From the NCBI RefSeq assembly GCF_004010195.1, contig NC_057751.1, forward strand, positions 9,245,611 to 9,309,610: a DNA stretch of 64,000 bases. Reading direction: 5' to 3'. This DNA comes from Chiloscyllium plagiosum. Taxonomy: Eukaryota. The position numbers and the translations under genes were made by a program. Shown here one piece after another: positions 25,931 to 39,795 of this stretch. The notes under the pieces were generated by a model that saw nothing but the letters and a program-made list of their open reading frames with translations, had not been told where the DNA came from and made no database searches. Each line of letters begins with the position of its first letter. The first letter of the stretch is position 1.

Positions 25931-26575
25931 TGGAGAAAGTAAGGATTGCAGATGCTGGAGATCAGAGTCGAGAGTGCGGTGCTGGAAAACTCCAGCAGGT
26001 CAAGCAGTATCGGAGGAGCAGGAGAATCAACATTTAGGGCATAAGGCCTTCATCAGGAATGAGGCTTTTGGGCTGGAGGCTGAGAAATCATGGGAAGGTG
26101 GGGGGGAGAGCTGGGGGGAAGAAAGCCAGGAAAGTGAGAGGTAGATGAAGGTGTGGAAGGAAGTGATAGGTCGGAGGGGAGGGTGGAACAGATGGGTGGG
26201 AAGAAAGTGAGATGGACAGGTAGGACTGGTCAAGGGAGCGGTGCCAAATTGGAGCTTGAGACTGGGATAAGGTGGAAGGAGGAAAAGTGAGGAAACTGGT
26301 GAAATCCACATTGATCCCATGTGGTTGCAGAGTCCCAAAGTGGAGGGTGAGGCATTTTTCCCCCAGGCATCGGTTGGTAAGGATTCGGTGACGGAGGAAG
26401 CCCATGACCAGCATGTCCTTGGTGGAGTGGGACAGGGAGTTAAAATGTTCAGCCACGGAGTGGTGGGGTTGGTTGGTGCAGATGACCCAGATATGTTCTC
26501 TGAAATGATCCGCAAGTTGGCATCCCCGATGTAGAGGAGACCACATCAGTTGCAATGAATACAGTAAATAACAGT
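25931..26575 (-). mobile_element. Penelope-like element 3' part (GIY-YIG endonuclease end and terminal repeat)
   Basis: Minus ORFs IYCIHC, LADHFREH, VAEHFNS.SH, LHFGTLQPHGINVDF; ends in the cctgatgaagg motif. Confidence 0.88.
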
Positions 26576-26579
26576 AATT

Positions 26580-29500
26580 TTGTGGTGGAAGACATTTGCC
26601 CTTCCTTCTTCAACAGTGAATATCGGTAGTGGTAAATGGCATGCTTCTGACTCTTCCATGAGAGGTGTATCAGGAGGGAAAAGATTCAGAAAATTGCAAA
26701 GAGTGAGGCGCCTTCTCACAAAGATTAGGGCATTGTGTGATAGCATGCGTGTGCTGTTTCAGGGATTTTTAGAAGGAGAAATTGCACAATTGGTTTATTG
26801 CATGTCATCTTTTAGCTCTCTTGAAATTGCAAGGGGCAGGTTGCAGATTCCTGGGACATTGAGACTGGTTCTGGGGGAGGTGGGACCAGCACAAACTGGA
26901 CATGTTACAACTGGGCACCACCAGGATTGATGTCCCAGATGGAGTATTTGTGAGATAGGTTGGGGAAGCTTTCAACTAAAATGGCAGGGAGATGTGAACC
27001 TACACAAGGAGTTGAAGAGAAATCAAGTCAAGAGCAAAAGACTGAAAGGGGAATAAGTGGCGAGAAATCAAGGGCAAGAATCAAACAGGGTCACCATGAA
27101 AGACAATGGGAACAGGGAAAGGTGTGCTCAACAGACACGCCCTAAGGCTTTGTGCCTTAATGCGCAAAACATTCACAATAAAGTGGATAAATTAATAGTG
27201 CAAATAGATGAAACAGTATGATATGGGGATTACAGGAACATGGCTGCAGGATGCAGGGATGAGAACTAGATATCTAGGTGTATTCAGTATTTAGGAACGA
27301 CAGATGAAAAGGAGGTGGAATTGCATTGTTTTGCAGAGGAAATTGATGTGATGATGAGGAATGATATTAAGTATGATGATGTGGATTCTGTCGGGGTAGA
27401 ACTGAGAAATGCCAATGGACAAAAATCATTCGTGCTGATTGTATACAGATCACCAACTGCTGGAATGATGTTTGGAATAGCAGTACACAATTAGTTAAAA
27501 ACACGTGCAATAAAGAAACATCTGTAATTATATGTGATTTTCATCTGCAGAAAGAATGGGCCAATAAAATTAGTTACAATATTGCAGAGGAGGAATTCCT
27601 GGAGTGTACATGGGATAAACTGAAGAACCAACATCTGTTAGGACTATCCTAGACTGGTATTGTGTAATGAGAAAGGAATAGTTGGTGATCTAGTTGGGTG
27701 AGGCCCTTTGGGAATAAGCAACCATAATTTGAAAGAATTTCACATCAAGCTGGAGAATGATGTTGTTGATTCTTATGGTATAAGGTGTGAGTTGGCTATG
27801 ATAGATTAGGGGTTCTAATTTAGAGGAATGTTAGTGGAAAGGCAATGGCAAACATTCACAGAAGGCATGGGTGAACAGCAACAATAGTTTATTCCTGTCT
27901 GGCAAAAGTAAAATGGTCAAATCATGGCTCACAAGGGAAATTAAAGATAGTATTGGATCCAAGGAAGATACATACAAATTGACAAGAAAAAACAACAAGA
28001 AAAAGATCTGAGCAGAGGGAGCAACTTAGAAGTCAGCAATGGAGGACAAATGAATTAATTAAGAAAGAGAAATAGAGTATAAGAATGAGCTTGCAGATAA
28101 CATAAAAACTAGCTGTGAAAGTTTCTCTGGCATGTGAACAGTAAAAGAATGGTCAACAGACATGTAGATCCCTTGCAATCAAACACAGGGGAGTTTACCA
28201 TAAGGAACGAAGAAATGGCTGAACAACCAAATACATACTTTGGCTCTGTGCTCACCAAGGAGGACACAAATAATATGGAAGAAATGCTGAGAAACATAGG
28301 ATTTAGTGCAAGGGAGGAACAAAATAAATCAGTATTCATAGGGAAATAGTGTTGGGGAAATTGAGGGGATTGAAGGCAGATAAATCCCCAGCACCCAATA
28401 ATCTACATCCCAGAGTATTTAAGAAAGTACCCCAAGAATATGGATACATTGGTTTTCATCTTCCAATATTCTGCAGAACCTTGAACTGTTTCTAAAGATT
28501 AGAGGGTAGCTAATGTAACCACTCTATTTAAAAAGGGAGGCAAAGAGAAAATCAAGAATTAGAGAGCAGTCAGCCTGATGTCAGTCATGAAGAAAATGCC
28601 AGAATCCATTCTCGAAGTTTTAACAGTTGAGCTTTTGGAAAACAGTGGTAGGATCCGACAGAGTCAGCATGGATTTGTGGAAAGGAAATCATACTTGACA
28701 TATCTGCAGGAATTCTTTGAGGATGTAACTCAGAGTTCACAATGGAGAACCAATGAATATAGTTTATTTGGACTTTCAGAAGGCTTTTGAAAAAAGTCCC
28801 ACATAAGAGATTAGCAAAAATTAAAGCACATGGGAATGGGGTAATGTATAGAAATGCATGGGAAACAAGTTGGCAGACAGGAAACAAAGAGTACGAGTAA
28901 ACAAGTCTTTTTCTAAATGACAGGCAGTGACTCGTAGGGTACCACAGGTACCACACTGCTCAGCCCCCAGTTATTCACAATGTATATTCACAAAAATGAT
29001 TTATATGATAGAACCATATGTAATATCTCCAAATGTACAGGTGACACAAAGCTGGCTGGGAGGATGCAGAGATGCTTCAATGTGCATGGAGATAGTGAGG
29101 ACTACAGATGCTGACCTGCTCTGCTTTTTCTAGCACCACACTTTATCGACTCTGCATGATTTGGACAAGCTGACTGAGTGGAAAATGCATGGCAGGTACA
29201 GAATAATGTGGACAAAGGTTATCCACTTTGGGAGCAAATACAGGAAGGCAGATTATTGTCTGAATGGCTGTTAACTGAGAGAAGGGAATGTGGAATCAAA
29301 CATGACTGTTCTCATTCACCAATCACTCAAAGTAAGCATGCAGATGCAGCTGGTGATCAAGCAGGCAATTGCTATGTTGGTCTTCAAAGCAAGAGAATTT
29401 CAGCACAAGCACAGGGATTTCTTAATGCAATTCTAAAGGTCCTTGGAGAGAACACACCTGAAATATTGTTTGCAGGTTTGGTCTCCTTATCTGATGAAGG

Positions 29501-29620
29501 ATGTTCATGCTGTGGAGGATTGCAACGAAGGTTTACCAGACTGATTCCGAGATGGCAGAATTTAGTTGGATGATCAGACATGATCACAATGAATAGTGGA
29601 GGAGGCTCAAAGTGAAAAAT
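26580..29620 (+). mobile_element. Near-full-length decayed CR1 LINE
   Basis: ORF1-like region, NA.NI.NK endonuclease start, VYRSP, EEEFLEC, DKSP.P..LHPRV.K, QSQHGF and RT remnants. Confidence 0.85.
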
Positions 29621-29624
29621 GAAC

Positions 29625-29770
29625 TAGGCGAAAATGAGGACTGCAGTTGTTGGAGATCAGAGTCAAGATTACAGCGGTGCTGGAAAAGCACAGCAGGTCA
29701 GGCAGCATCCGAGGAGCAGGACCTTTGCCTGACTGCTGTGCTTTTCCAGCACCAGTCTAATCTTGACTCA
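29625..29770. mobile_element. Palindromic Penelope-derived short element
   Basis: gtgctggaaaagcacagcag and its inverted copy ctgctgtgcttttccagcacc. Confidence 0.75.
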
Positions 29771-30319
29771 AAGGGAAAAAAATCACCTATTCTACTCCTA
29801 TTTTCCATTTTCCATTTCTTTATCTGAAACGAATTGTCTTCTTAACAGGTTGATTTGTTCTGGAAGTCAGGCTTTCAAGATTTGCCTTCTATCAGGATGG
29901 GTAAGGGCTAGTTGATGAAAGATTATGGCTGATCTCTCAAAAAATGACTTATATTGTATACTGTGTTTATAAAATTTAGTATGAATTATATTGCAAAGTA
30001 ATTTAGGTGCCACAATAGCTCTGGGTCAGTAGTCGCACAAGTAGCTTATTTTCAAGGCTGACCTCATGATAAGGTTAGGCAAGAAGTTAACATCGATAGA
30101 GCCCTAACATGGGGTCAGCAAATTTTGTCAAAAAGTCGATGATGTGAGAAGTTCCTTAGTGTACTTGATGGAACCTAACAGTAATTCCATACTCGGCTAT
30201 TGGTTTCACTTCAACAAACATGTAGAGCAAAACTTCAACCAAAACAATTACAAGGGACAAAAATCTGAATAAATACAATAGAATTGACTCTGCAATTTGA
30301 GGGGGAATAGGTGGAATCA

Positions 30320-32082
30320 GATGTAACGGTATTACAGTTAAGAAAGGCAACTATAGAGGTGTGAGGGAGGAGCTGTCTGGAATTGACAGGAGGAGAAGCC
30401 GAACAGGAAAGACAGTGGAACAGCAATAGCAGGAGTTTCTGGGTGTAATTTAGGAGACATTGCAAAAATTCATCCCTCGAAAATAAAAAGCATACTAAAG
30501 GGAAGCTGTGGCAATCATGGCTGACAAGGAAGGTCAGGGACAATGTAAAAGCAAAAGGAAAGCCTGTAATACAGTGAAGGGTATTGGGAAGCCAAAGGAT
30601 TGGGGAGCCTACAGAGACCAACAGAGGTCAACGAAGCAAGAAATAAGGAGAGAGAAGATTAAATATGAGGATAAGCAAGCCAGTAATAATAAAAGAAGAT
30701 TGCAGGAATTTCTTTTGATGTGTCAAGGGCAAAAGAGAGGTAAAAGTGGACATTGGGCAGCTGGAAAATGATACTGGAGAAGTAGTAATGAGAAACAAAG
30801 AAATGGCTGAGGAATTGAATAAGTGCTTTGTGTCGGTCTTCACAGTGGAAGACAGGAGTAACACCCCAAAAATTCAAGAGAATCAGGGACATAGGTGAGT
30901 ATTGTGTCCGTCACCAAGGAGAATGTGCGAGAAAAAGATCTTAAAAGGCTGAAGGTGGATAAATCACCTGGATCAGATGAACTACACTCTGAGTTCGAGA
31001 AGGAAGTTGCTGAAGAGATAGTGGAGGCGTGAATGGTGATCTTTCAGGACTCACCAGAGGCAGGGAGCGTCCCAGAGGACTGGAAAATCACTAATTTAAC
31101 CCCATTTAAGAAGGGAGGAAGGAAAAAGACAGAGAATCACAGGCCGATAAGCCTGACCTCAGTCGTTGGTAAGATTTTGTGAAGGATGAGATTTCTGAAT
31201 ACTTGGAAGTGCATGATAAAATAAGGCAAAGTCAGCATGGTTTCATCAAGAGGAGGTCATGCCTGACAAACCTGTTCGAATTCTCTGAAGAGGTAAAAAG
31301 TAGATTAGACCAAGGACAGCCAATAAATGTTATCTACCTGTACTTCAAGAAAGCCTTTGACAAGGTGCCACGCATGAAGCTGCTGAGTAAGATAAGGGCC
31401 CATAGTGTTCAAGGCAAAGTGCGAGCATGGATAGAAGATTTTCTTCAGGTTAATTTGCAGGATGAATCATTAGTTAGAAAGACAAATGTAATGTTGGCAT
31501 TTACTTTGAGACGACTAGAATATATAACCATAGATGCACCTCTGAGGCTTTAGAAAGCTCTGGTCAGACCACATTTAGAGTATGGTGAGCAATTTTGGGC
31601 CCCATACCTGAAGGATGTACTGGTCTTGGAGGGGTCCAGAGGAGGTTCAAAAGAATGGTCCCAGGCATGAAAGGCTTAACATATGAGAAACGTTTGATGA
31701 CACTGGGTCTAATCTCAAAGGAGTTTAGAAGGATGAGGAAGTATTTAATTGAAATTTACAGGATACTGAATGGCCTGGACAGAGTGGACATTGAGACGAT
31801 GTTTCCATTGGCAGGACAGACTAGGATCTGAGGGCACAGCCTTAGAGTAAAGACCAATTAGAAAGGAGAAACTTTTTCAGCCAGAGAGTGGTGAATCTAT
31901 GGAATTCATTGCTACAGAAGACTCTGGAGGTCAGGTCATTGAGTAAATTTAAGACAGAGATAGTTAGGTTCTTGATTATAAAGGAGATCACGGGTGATGG
32001 GGAGAAACCAGGAGAAGGGGATTAGAATCTTGGCAGCCATGACTGAATGGCCTAATCTCTGCTCCTATGTCTTATGGTCTTA
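30320..32082 (+). mobile_element. CR1 LINE with internal deletion in the RT domain
   Basis: ORF 31179-31553 jumps from AWIED directly to QVNLQDES, skipping the GVPQG/FADD block. Confidence 0.88.
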
Positions 32083-32806
32083 ATCCTTGACTGGGATTTT
32101 GTATGCTGAAGAATCAGTTTTTGAAAGCTCCACCCTGAGGTTGTAGTCTGATACATCAATAACATATGTGGCAAAATAACACCATCTTACTCACATTGTG
32201 TTTAATATTTTGTTCCAAAGGTATGTGAGTTCATCACCATAGCTTTCAATCCCAATCCCCAGAGAGCAGCTCACATCTATATCACTGGTGGTGGTTTCAA
32301 CGAATTATCTGCACAGCTCAGCATTTTCTGAATGTTTTTCCCAAACAAAGATTCAAGCCACTGCCAAGTAATCAGCTAGAGCCTTAAACAAACAGGACAG
32401 GAATGAACCACACAATTCTATGAAAAAAAAGAATAAGAGTGAGTGTAGGAGTAGGATGCTATTCAAAAGCCAAGTGAATTCAAGATTAGCATAATGAACT
32501 CCCACACACTACAGATGTTGCATGGCTCTGTTTATATCGCAAAGCTATCACTGGAATCAGACCACACCAAAGATTGTTAATAAATAGTCCAACTGTTATG
32601 CTTGCATGTTGACTTGATCAAGCCAGTAATTTGCAACATGTATCATATTTTAAAAATGGAAAAGCCATCAGGTTCAACGATGCAGTGTCATGTGAAAAGG
32701 AAAGGTCACAATCCGATCAACTTGCCTTCTCACCTTATCCCTAAAATTCATCTCTCTTCAACAATATAGTCATCTCTTTCTTAAACTATTTTAAAATGTA
32801 CTTTTA

Positions 32807-33100
32807 GGAGAAAGTGAGGACTGCAGATGCTTGAGATCAAAGTCAAGAGTGTGGTGCTGGAAAAGCACAGCAGGTCAGGCAGCATTGAGTGTGAGGAGAA
32901 TCGACATTTCGGTATAAGTCCTTCATCAGGAATGAGGCTTGTGGGCTGGGGGGAGCTGAGAGATAAATGGGAGGGGGGTGAGTTTGGGGGAAAGTAGCTG
33001 AGAATGCAGTAGGTTTTGCTGAGGACTAAATGTTCATCCTCAGTGAGGGGGAGGTCTTTGCTGAGGACTAAATGTTCATTCTCAGTGAGGGGAGGTCATT
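32807..33100 (-). mobile_element. Penelope-like terminal repeat with a ~42-bp tandem duplication
   Basis: Same end as 25931; tttgctgaggactaaatgttcat.ctcagtgagggg.aggtc occurs twice (33015-33097). Confidence 0.7.
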
Positions 33101-33614
33101 TTGCAAGTTTGCATACATTATAACAGCAACTAGACTTCAAAAGTACTGCTTAAGTGTTTGAAACATACTGTGGTTGTGAAAAGATGCTTTCTTAATCCAA
33201 GTCTTTCCTTCAATTATAGTATCTTGCAGCTTTTATGCCAATTTATTGCATGTGTATATTTGCGAAAACAAGATGTTTAATTACAATATGGTCTCCTCTA
33301 CATTGTAGTTAACAAAACACAGATTGGGTGGCCATTTTACCGCTTTCCAGAATACCTCCATTCTGTCCATAAAACTGATCCTGAGCTTCTAGTTGCCTGT
33401 CATTTCAACACAGCACCTTGCGAAAATGTCAACATTTTGCCTCTGGCGTGCTGCAGTGCTCTGGCAAGCCTGAGTGCAAGCTCGAAGAACAGCGTTTCAC
33501 CTTTTGCTTGGCAACTCCGCAGCCTTTAGGATTCAACATTGAGTTCAATAAATTTACAGTCTGATCACATCCTTCCATACTCATTACCCATCCCCACATC
33601 CACATCCAGTAATG

Positions 33615-34645
33615 ATAATAGACAACAGGTGCAGGAGTAGGTCATTCTGCCCTTCGAGCCTGCACCACCATTCAATATGATCATGGCTGATCATGGCTTA
33701 ATCAGTATCCTGTTCCTACCTTATCTCCATAACCTTGATTCCACAATCCTTGAGAGCTCTATCCAACTCTTTCTTAAATGAATCCAGAGACTGGGCCTCC
33801 ACTGCCCTCTGGGGCAGAGCATTCCACACAGCCACCACTCTCTGGGTGAAGAAGTTTCTCCTCATCTCTGTCCTAAATGGTCCACCCCGTATTTTTAAGC
33901 TGTGTCCTCTGGTTCGGCACTTACCCATCAGCGGAAACATGTTTCCTGCTGCCAGAGTGTCCAATCCTTTAATAATCTTACATGTNNNNNNNNNNNNNNN
34001 NNNNNNNNNNNNNNNNNNNNNNNNNNNNNNNNNNNNNNNNNNNNNNNNNNNNNNNNNNNNNNNNNNNNNNNNNNNNNNNNNNNNNNNNNNNNNNNNNNNN
34101 NNNNNNNNNNNNNNNNNNNNNNNNNNNNNNNNNNNNNNNNNNNNNNNNNNNNNNNNNNNNNNNNNNNNNNNNNNNNNNNNNNNNNNNNNNNNNNNNNNNN
34201 NNNNNNNNNNNNNNNNNNNNNNNNNNNNNNNNNNNNNNNNNNNNNNNNNNNTGCCCACTCACTTAACTTGTCCAGGTCACCCTGTAATCTCCTAACATCC
34301 TCATCACTTTTCACCCTGCCACCCAGCTTTGTATCATCAGCAAATTTGCTAACGTTATTGCTGATACCATCTTCTATATCATTTACATATATTGTAAAAA
34401 GCTGCGGTCCCAGCACGGATCTCTGCGGTACCCCGCTGGTCACTGCCTGCCATTCCGAAATGGAGCCGTTTATCACTATCCTTTGTTTCCTATTAGCCAA
34501 CCAATTTTCAATCCAATCTAGTACTTTGCCCCCAATACCATGCGCCCTAATTTTACTCACTAACCTCCTGTGTGGGACTTTATCAAAAGCTTTCTGAAAG
34601 TCCAGGTACACGACATCTACTGGATCTCCCTCGTCCATCTTCAGA
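33615..34645 (-). mobile_element. Young CR1 LINE spanning the assembly gap
   Basis: Intact RT frame DVVYLDFQKAFDKVPH...SGVPQ.SVLGP...KFADDTK; 3' UTR at 33615-33730. Confidence 0.93.
33986..34251. other. Assembly gap (run of N)
   Basis: Run of n characters. Confidence 1.
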
Positions 34646-36254
34646 GTTACATTACTGGATGTGGATGTGGGATGGGTAATGAGTATGGTAGGATGTGGGT
34701 TGCTTCAACACAGCCAACCTATTCTCATCCACTCTTCGTCCTTTTATCACATTACGAATTGCTTTCAGCACAGACTATCCATTCTCCTCATTATCAATTT
34801 TTCAACTCTTCTGTCAAGTTTATTATCAAGTATCCCACTGTCTGCCAAATTCTTTTCATTTCTCTCTCTCAGGGGTCCAACTCCAACGATCTGTTCAACT
34901 CCCCCAATACCACCGAAACCCTGTTCACCATATTAACCACTTTTTCCTCGCTGCCATCAATTCTGTTGAATTACCAGATACGAAATGTTAACTCTGCTTT
35001 CTCTCCACAGATCCCACTGAGTTTCTCCAGCAATTTCTGGTTTTGTTTCAGATTTCTAGCATCTGCAGTTCTTCATGTCATTGTTTGATTAGCTAATGCC
35101 AAATGCTTCATCTTATTTTAAAATTTGAGTCCTTCGAATGTGAACCCTTTGCTACAATTAACAAGTTACCAAAATCAAGTGACAATTCATTTCAAAGTCT
35201 TGGAGACGTCAAGAGATTAATGTCAAGACTTCTCTTTTCTGAAGTAAGAAGGACCAACTTCTCAGAAATAAACATATTTTTACTCAACATAATTTGTATT
35301 CTTTTCATCTAAATTCTGTGAGGGCATTAAAATTATATCTTTGTTAAGGTGACAAGGTTTAGAGAAAGCGTTCCATACAGCATCAAATCAACTCAAGCGT
35401 AACGCACATTTCAGAAATGGTATAAATCAGTGAAAATGTAATTCCTCTTTTAATGCAAGTGGAAATTATACAACTAAAGACAATTGTGTGAAAATGGGCA
35501 CAATAAGTTTCTACTTTACTAGATGCTTCCAATTTTTACCTGAAATTGATTGAGTTAACAAATGTGCACAGATGTGTGTAGCATATTCCAAAGTGCGTTA
35601 TCACTATAAATCACAAAATCAGTCAATGTTTTACATCCGATACAGCTTCTTCGGTAGACAAGTCATATTGGACTCAAAATATTAATTCTATTTTTTGCTA
35701 CACAGATCCTGCCAGATTTGCTCAGTTTCACAAGCATTCCTTTTTTTGTTTCAAATTTCCAACATCCGTAGAAGTGTGCTTTAAAAAAACCTTGTGCTGT
35801 TTTGTTGGGAAGGAAAAGGCAATCTTTAAATACTGGACTATAGTGAAAGCAACATAGCACAAGATAACTGACAAAAAAAAGAAAAGGAGATGAGGTAAAC
35901 AAATAAGCAGTGATTCAGTCTGCTCATAGCATTGACTTTCAACATTACTGAAAATAGAGATGTGTTGCCAAAGCATTTTGTCTTGGTCTCAACAGGACAA
36001 ATACAAGAATGCCAAATTTCAAACAATCACAATAATTCATATTGCAGGAGAAAGGGTGCTGATTAGCTGGCAAATCTATTCTAATTGACTGATACATTGC
36101 CATAGAGAAAGCGACAAGAAACTGTAAGCTCTCTAACTCCTGAATAATTCAAAAAAGGTCGGAGTCTTGAATATGTTCCTTTTGTTTGCTAAGAACCTCC
36201 AAGTTTAAATTGATGTCAGTTTTTTCTCTTTTCCTCCACTTAGCAATATCCTTA

Positions 36255-36600
36255 AATTCTGTAAGTTGTCACGTCTGATCTGAACTATCCTGAGGGAAAC
36301 TTCAGTGGGAAACATCTACAAGTCTTTAGCCCCTATACCAAGGTTAACACCTGATTTGCATGTCAGGAATGCTACAAACCTCCAACAGAGTTTCCTCTGG
36401 CTTCACCCTGCCCAGGTTTAGTTCACCATTTTTTGGATCCTAATGTGTGCATTCATGTTCCATCTCTCCAGTGGTGCAGGTGAGACCAGCCGATGGTGCG
36501 ACTGCTGCACAGGGCAGCTGGATCCCACCTTGGTCGGAAACTGCCAACCTTCACCTTTATTGTGCCATGGGGTTTCGTGACCACCCTTTGACTCACACAC
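36255..36600 (+). mobile_element. Penelope-like RT-region remnant
   Basis: cacctt.attgtgccatgggg.ttc and cccacctt.gtcgg motifs typical of PLE ORFs; decayed. Confidence 0.4.
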
Positions 36601-37552
36601 TTAGAGTCATAGAGATGTACAGCATGGAAACAGACCCTTCGGTCCAACCCGTCCATACCAAACAAATATCCCAACCCAATCTAGTCCCACCTGCCAGCAG
36701 CCAGCCCATATCCCTCCAAACACTTCCTAATCATATACCTATCCAAATGTCTCTTAAATGTTGCAATTGTATCAGCCTCCACCACTTCCTCTGACAGCTC
36801 ATTCCATAGAAGTACCAATCTCTGATTGAAAACGTTGCCCCTTAGGTCTCTTTTAAATTTTTCCCCTCTCACCCTAAACCTATGCCCTCTACTTCTGGAC
36901 ACCCCGACCCCAGGGAAAAGACTTTGTCTATTTATCCTATCCATGCCTCTCGTAATTTTGTAAATTACGAGGTCACCCCTCAGCCTCTGATGCTCCCGGG
37001 AAAACAGCCCTAGTCTATTCAGCCTCTCCCTATAGCTCAAATCCTTCAACCCTAGCAACATCCTTGTAAATCTTTCTGAACCCCTTCAAGTTTCACAACA
37101 TATTTCCGATAAGTAGGAGACCAGAATTGCATGCAATGTTCCAACAGTGGCCAAACCAATGTCCTGTACATCCGCAACATGACCTCCCAACTCCTGTACT
37201 CAATACTCCGACCAATAAACGAAAGCATACCAAATGCCTTCTTCACTATCATATCTACCTGAGACTCCACTTTCAAGGAGCTATGAACCTGCACTCCAAG
37301 GTCTTTGTTCAGCAACACTCCCAAGAACCTTACCATTAAGTGTATATGTCCTGCTAAGATTTGCTTTTCCAAAATGCAGCACCTCGCATTTATCTGTGTT
37401 AAACTCCATCTGCCACTTCTCTGCCCATTGGCCCATCTGGTCCAGATTCTGTTGTAATCTGAGGTAACCCTTTTCGCTGTCCACTACACCTCCAATTTTG
37501 GTGTTTCCTGCAAACTTACTAACTGTACCTCTTATGCTCGCATCCAAATCAC
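36601..37552 (-). mobile_element. CR1 LINE 3' part
   Basis: ORFs 37281-37547, 37052-37372 and 36681-37061 (KFA..TKIGG, LYRTLV.PLLE.C.QFWSP, WNEL.EEVVEA). Confidence 0.93.
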
Positions 37553-38744
37553 TTCTTGGTCACTTCTCACAAAGCATAAATGAGCTATGTTACAAGTTTG
37601 TTGTATAAATTTTAAATCTATTACTAGTAGTCACTCATCAATTTCAGAATTGTTAGTTGGTGCTGCCCAATTGTGGAATCATGTTGAACAGTAAATATAC
37701 TGTTTTGGGTTTTACAAACAAAGGTTGATTGAGTCCAGTTTACACTCTGCTTATGATGAACAACCAAAAAAAAACCAAATCAAACACTTTAATGGCCCCA
37801 ATCATCTGACTGGATATGTTAATGGTAACATGTATCTTGTTACAAAATATGGCACCATTTTAAAACACGGTTAAAAAGACAAGAACATGGAATAAAGAGG
37901 CAGAAAATGACAAAATATAGAAAAAGTGTTCTCCTTTTCAGTCTTTCTTGTAAAGTGCTCCACCATGGGCCATGAGCCTGGTCGCCAGGCACGGGTCCCT
38001 TTGCTATGCTCCCGCTGGAATGAAAGTCACCACAGTGGGGCGCCATCTCGCATCCACTGAAACCATCGCCACTAATGAGTCCTCATCAATATGAACGCCA
38101 TTGATGCCGCTGGGTATCACACAGGCCCAAACTTAACTTCGCCACTGCCACAAGTCTGTTTCAGGGCCACCTTGTTGATGCAGCTGCAGCTAATGCCGCC
38201 AGGTCTCATACTGGGCCCAAACGTGCCTCCATGAATCTGCACTGTACATGACACTACTGGAAACTCAAACTCGCCTCCACAGCAGCAGCCATGAGTCGAC
38301 GTTAGGTATGCCTCAATGATGCAAAAGCCACTGGAAATCCATACTGACCTGCAAGGCTGCTGCTGGGCTCACCCACTACCGCTGATGCCGCAACTGAATC
38401 AGGGTCAAGTTGCCAACTGATTGGTATCCTTTTTTGCAGTAGTATAAGTTGTTCTGATCATTTAAAATTTGGCATTCTTTTGTTTGCCCAAATGATTGCA
38501 AGATATGTGCAACATCTTTCTTTCCTGAAATATTCAAGGAGTGATTGCATGACTTTAAAGTGATCATTAGAGGAATTAGATGCTAACAAGAACATAAGGA
38601 ATTCCAGTTTTGAAGTCCTTGGGAACAAGTATGTCGCCAGAAAGAGGACAATGGGCAGAAGCAGAATGCTTAAAAAAATCAAACAAATTTATTACACAGA
38701 TCAACAGGTCCATCATACCTTATCTACATCAGCCTTTTCCCATT

Positions 38745-39175
38745 AAGAGTCAGTCACACAGACCTTTCTGTCAAACTTGTCTGCTCCAACCACTAATCCC
38801 AATCTGACCTAATCCCATTTTCCAGTATTTGGCCCATATCCCTCAAAACCATTCCTATTCACGTACCCATACAGCTGCCTTTAAAATGTTGTAATTGTAC
38901 CCACCTCCATTACTTCCTCTGGCAGCTTGTTCCACACACACACACCACTCTCTGTGTGAAAAGGTTACCTCTCAAGTACTTTTTGAATATTTCTCCTCTC
39001 ACCCTAAACCCACACCCTAAAGTTTTGCACTCCTCTACCCTGGGAATAAGACCTTGGTTATTCACCCGATCCATGCCATTCATGATTTTATAAATCTCTA
39101 TAAGGTCACCCCTCAGCCTCCAATGCTCAAGGGAAAAAAGCTCCAACCTATTCAGGATTTCTTTATAACTCCTTC
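38745..39175 (-). mobile_element. CR1 3' fragment
   Basis: LFSLEHWRLRGDLIEIYKIM translation. Confidence 0.88.
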
Positions 39176-39257
39176 AACTTAAGGTCTGATTCCATGTATT
39201 TATAGTGTATATCCAAGAATTTTCAAAATGCACAGAAGTTGTCTCTTGCTCCACTGG

Positions 39258-39468
39258 GAGAAAGTGAGGACTGCAGATGCTGGAGTACCAGAGTTGAAAA
39301 ATGTGGTGCTGGAAAAACACAGCAGGCCAGGCAGCATCCGAGGAGCAGAAGAATCGATGTTTTGGGCACAAGCATTCCTGAAGAAGGGCTTATGCCCGAA
39401 ACGTCGATTCTCCTGCTCCTCGGATGCTGCCTGGCCTGCTGTGTTTCTCCAGCACCACATTTTTCAAT
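39258..39468. mobile_element. Young palindromic Penelope-derived element with intact hammerhead-type core
   Basis: Near-perfect inverted arms; TSD tcttgctcc(c)actgg; core cctgaagaagggcttatgcccgaaacgtc at about 39377-39405. Confidence 0.85.
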
Positions 39469-39483
39469 TCTTGCTCCCACTGG

Positions 39484-39795
39484 TTCAAGGTAGCCAGTTT
39501 CTGACCCCCAGCTCCTTTTTGGTGAATAAAATTCTTCTCAACTTCTTACTAATCCTTTGACCAGTTATTTTAAATCTGTGCCTCCTGGTTATTGATCTCT
39601 CTGCTGAGGAAAATAGATCCTTCCGTTCTTCATCCATCTGGGCCCCTCTTGATTTGAAACACCTCAATAAAATCTCCTCTCAGTTTTCTCTATTCCAAAG
39701 AAAACAACCCAGCTTATCCATCATTTCTTCATTGCAAAAAATCTCCATTCGTGTTAGCATCATCATTAATCTCCTCTGTATCCTGTGAATTTCAG
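39484..39795 (-). mobile_element. Ancient CR1 fragment
   Basis: QRR...M...M....EE..DKLG.F and TRRHRFKI translations. Confidence 0.7.

Noticed and set aside
33716..34597. Long ORFs containing X runs
   Set aside because: Artefacts of the N gap inside a CR1 element.
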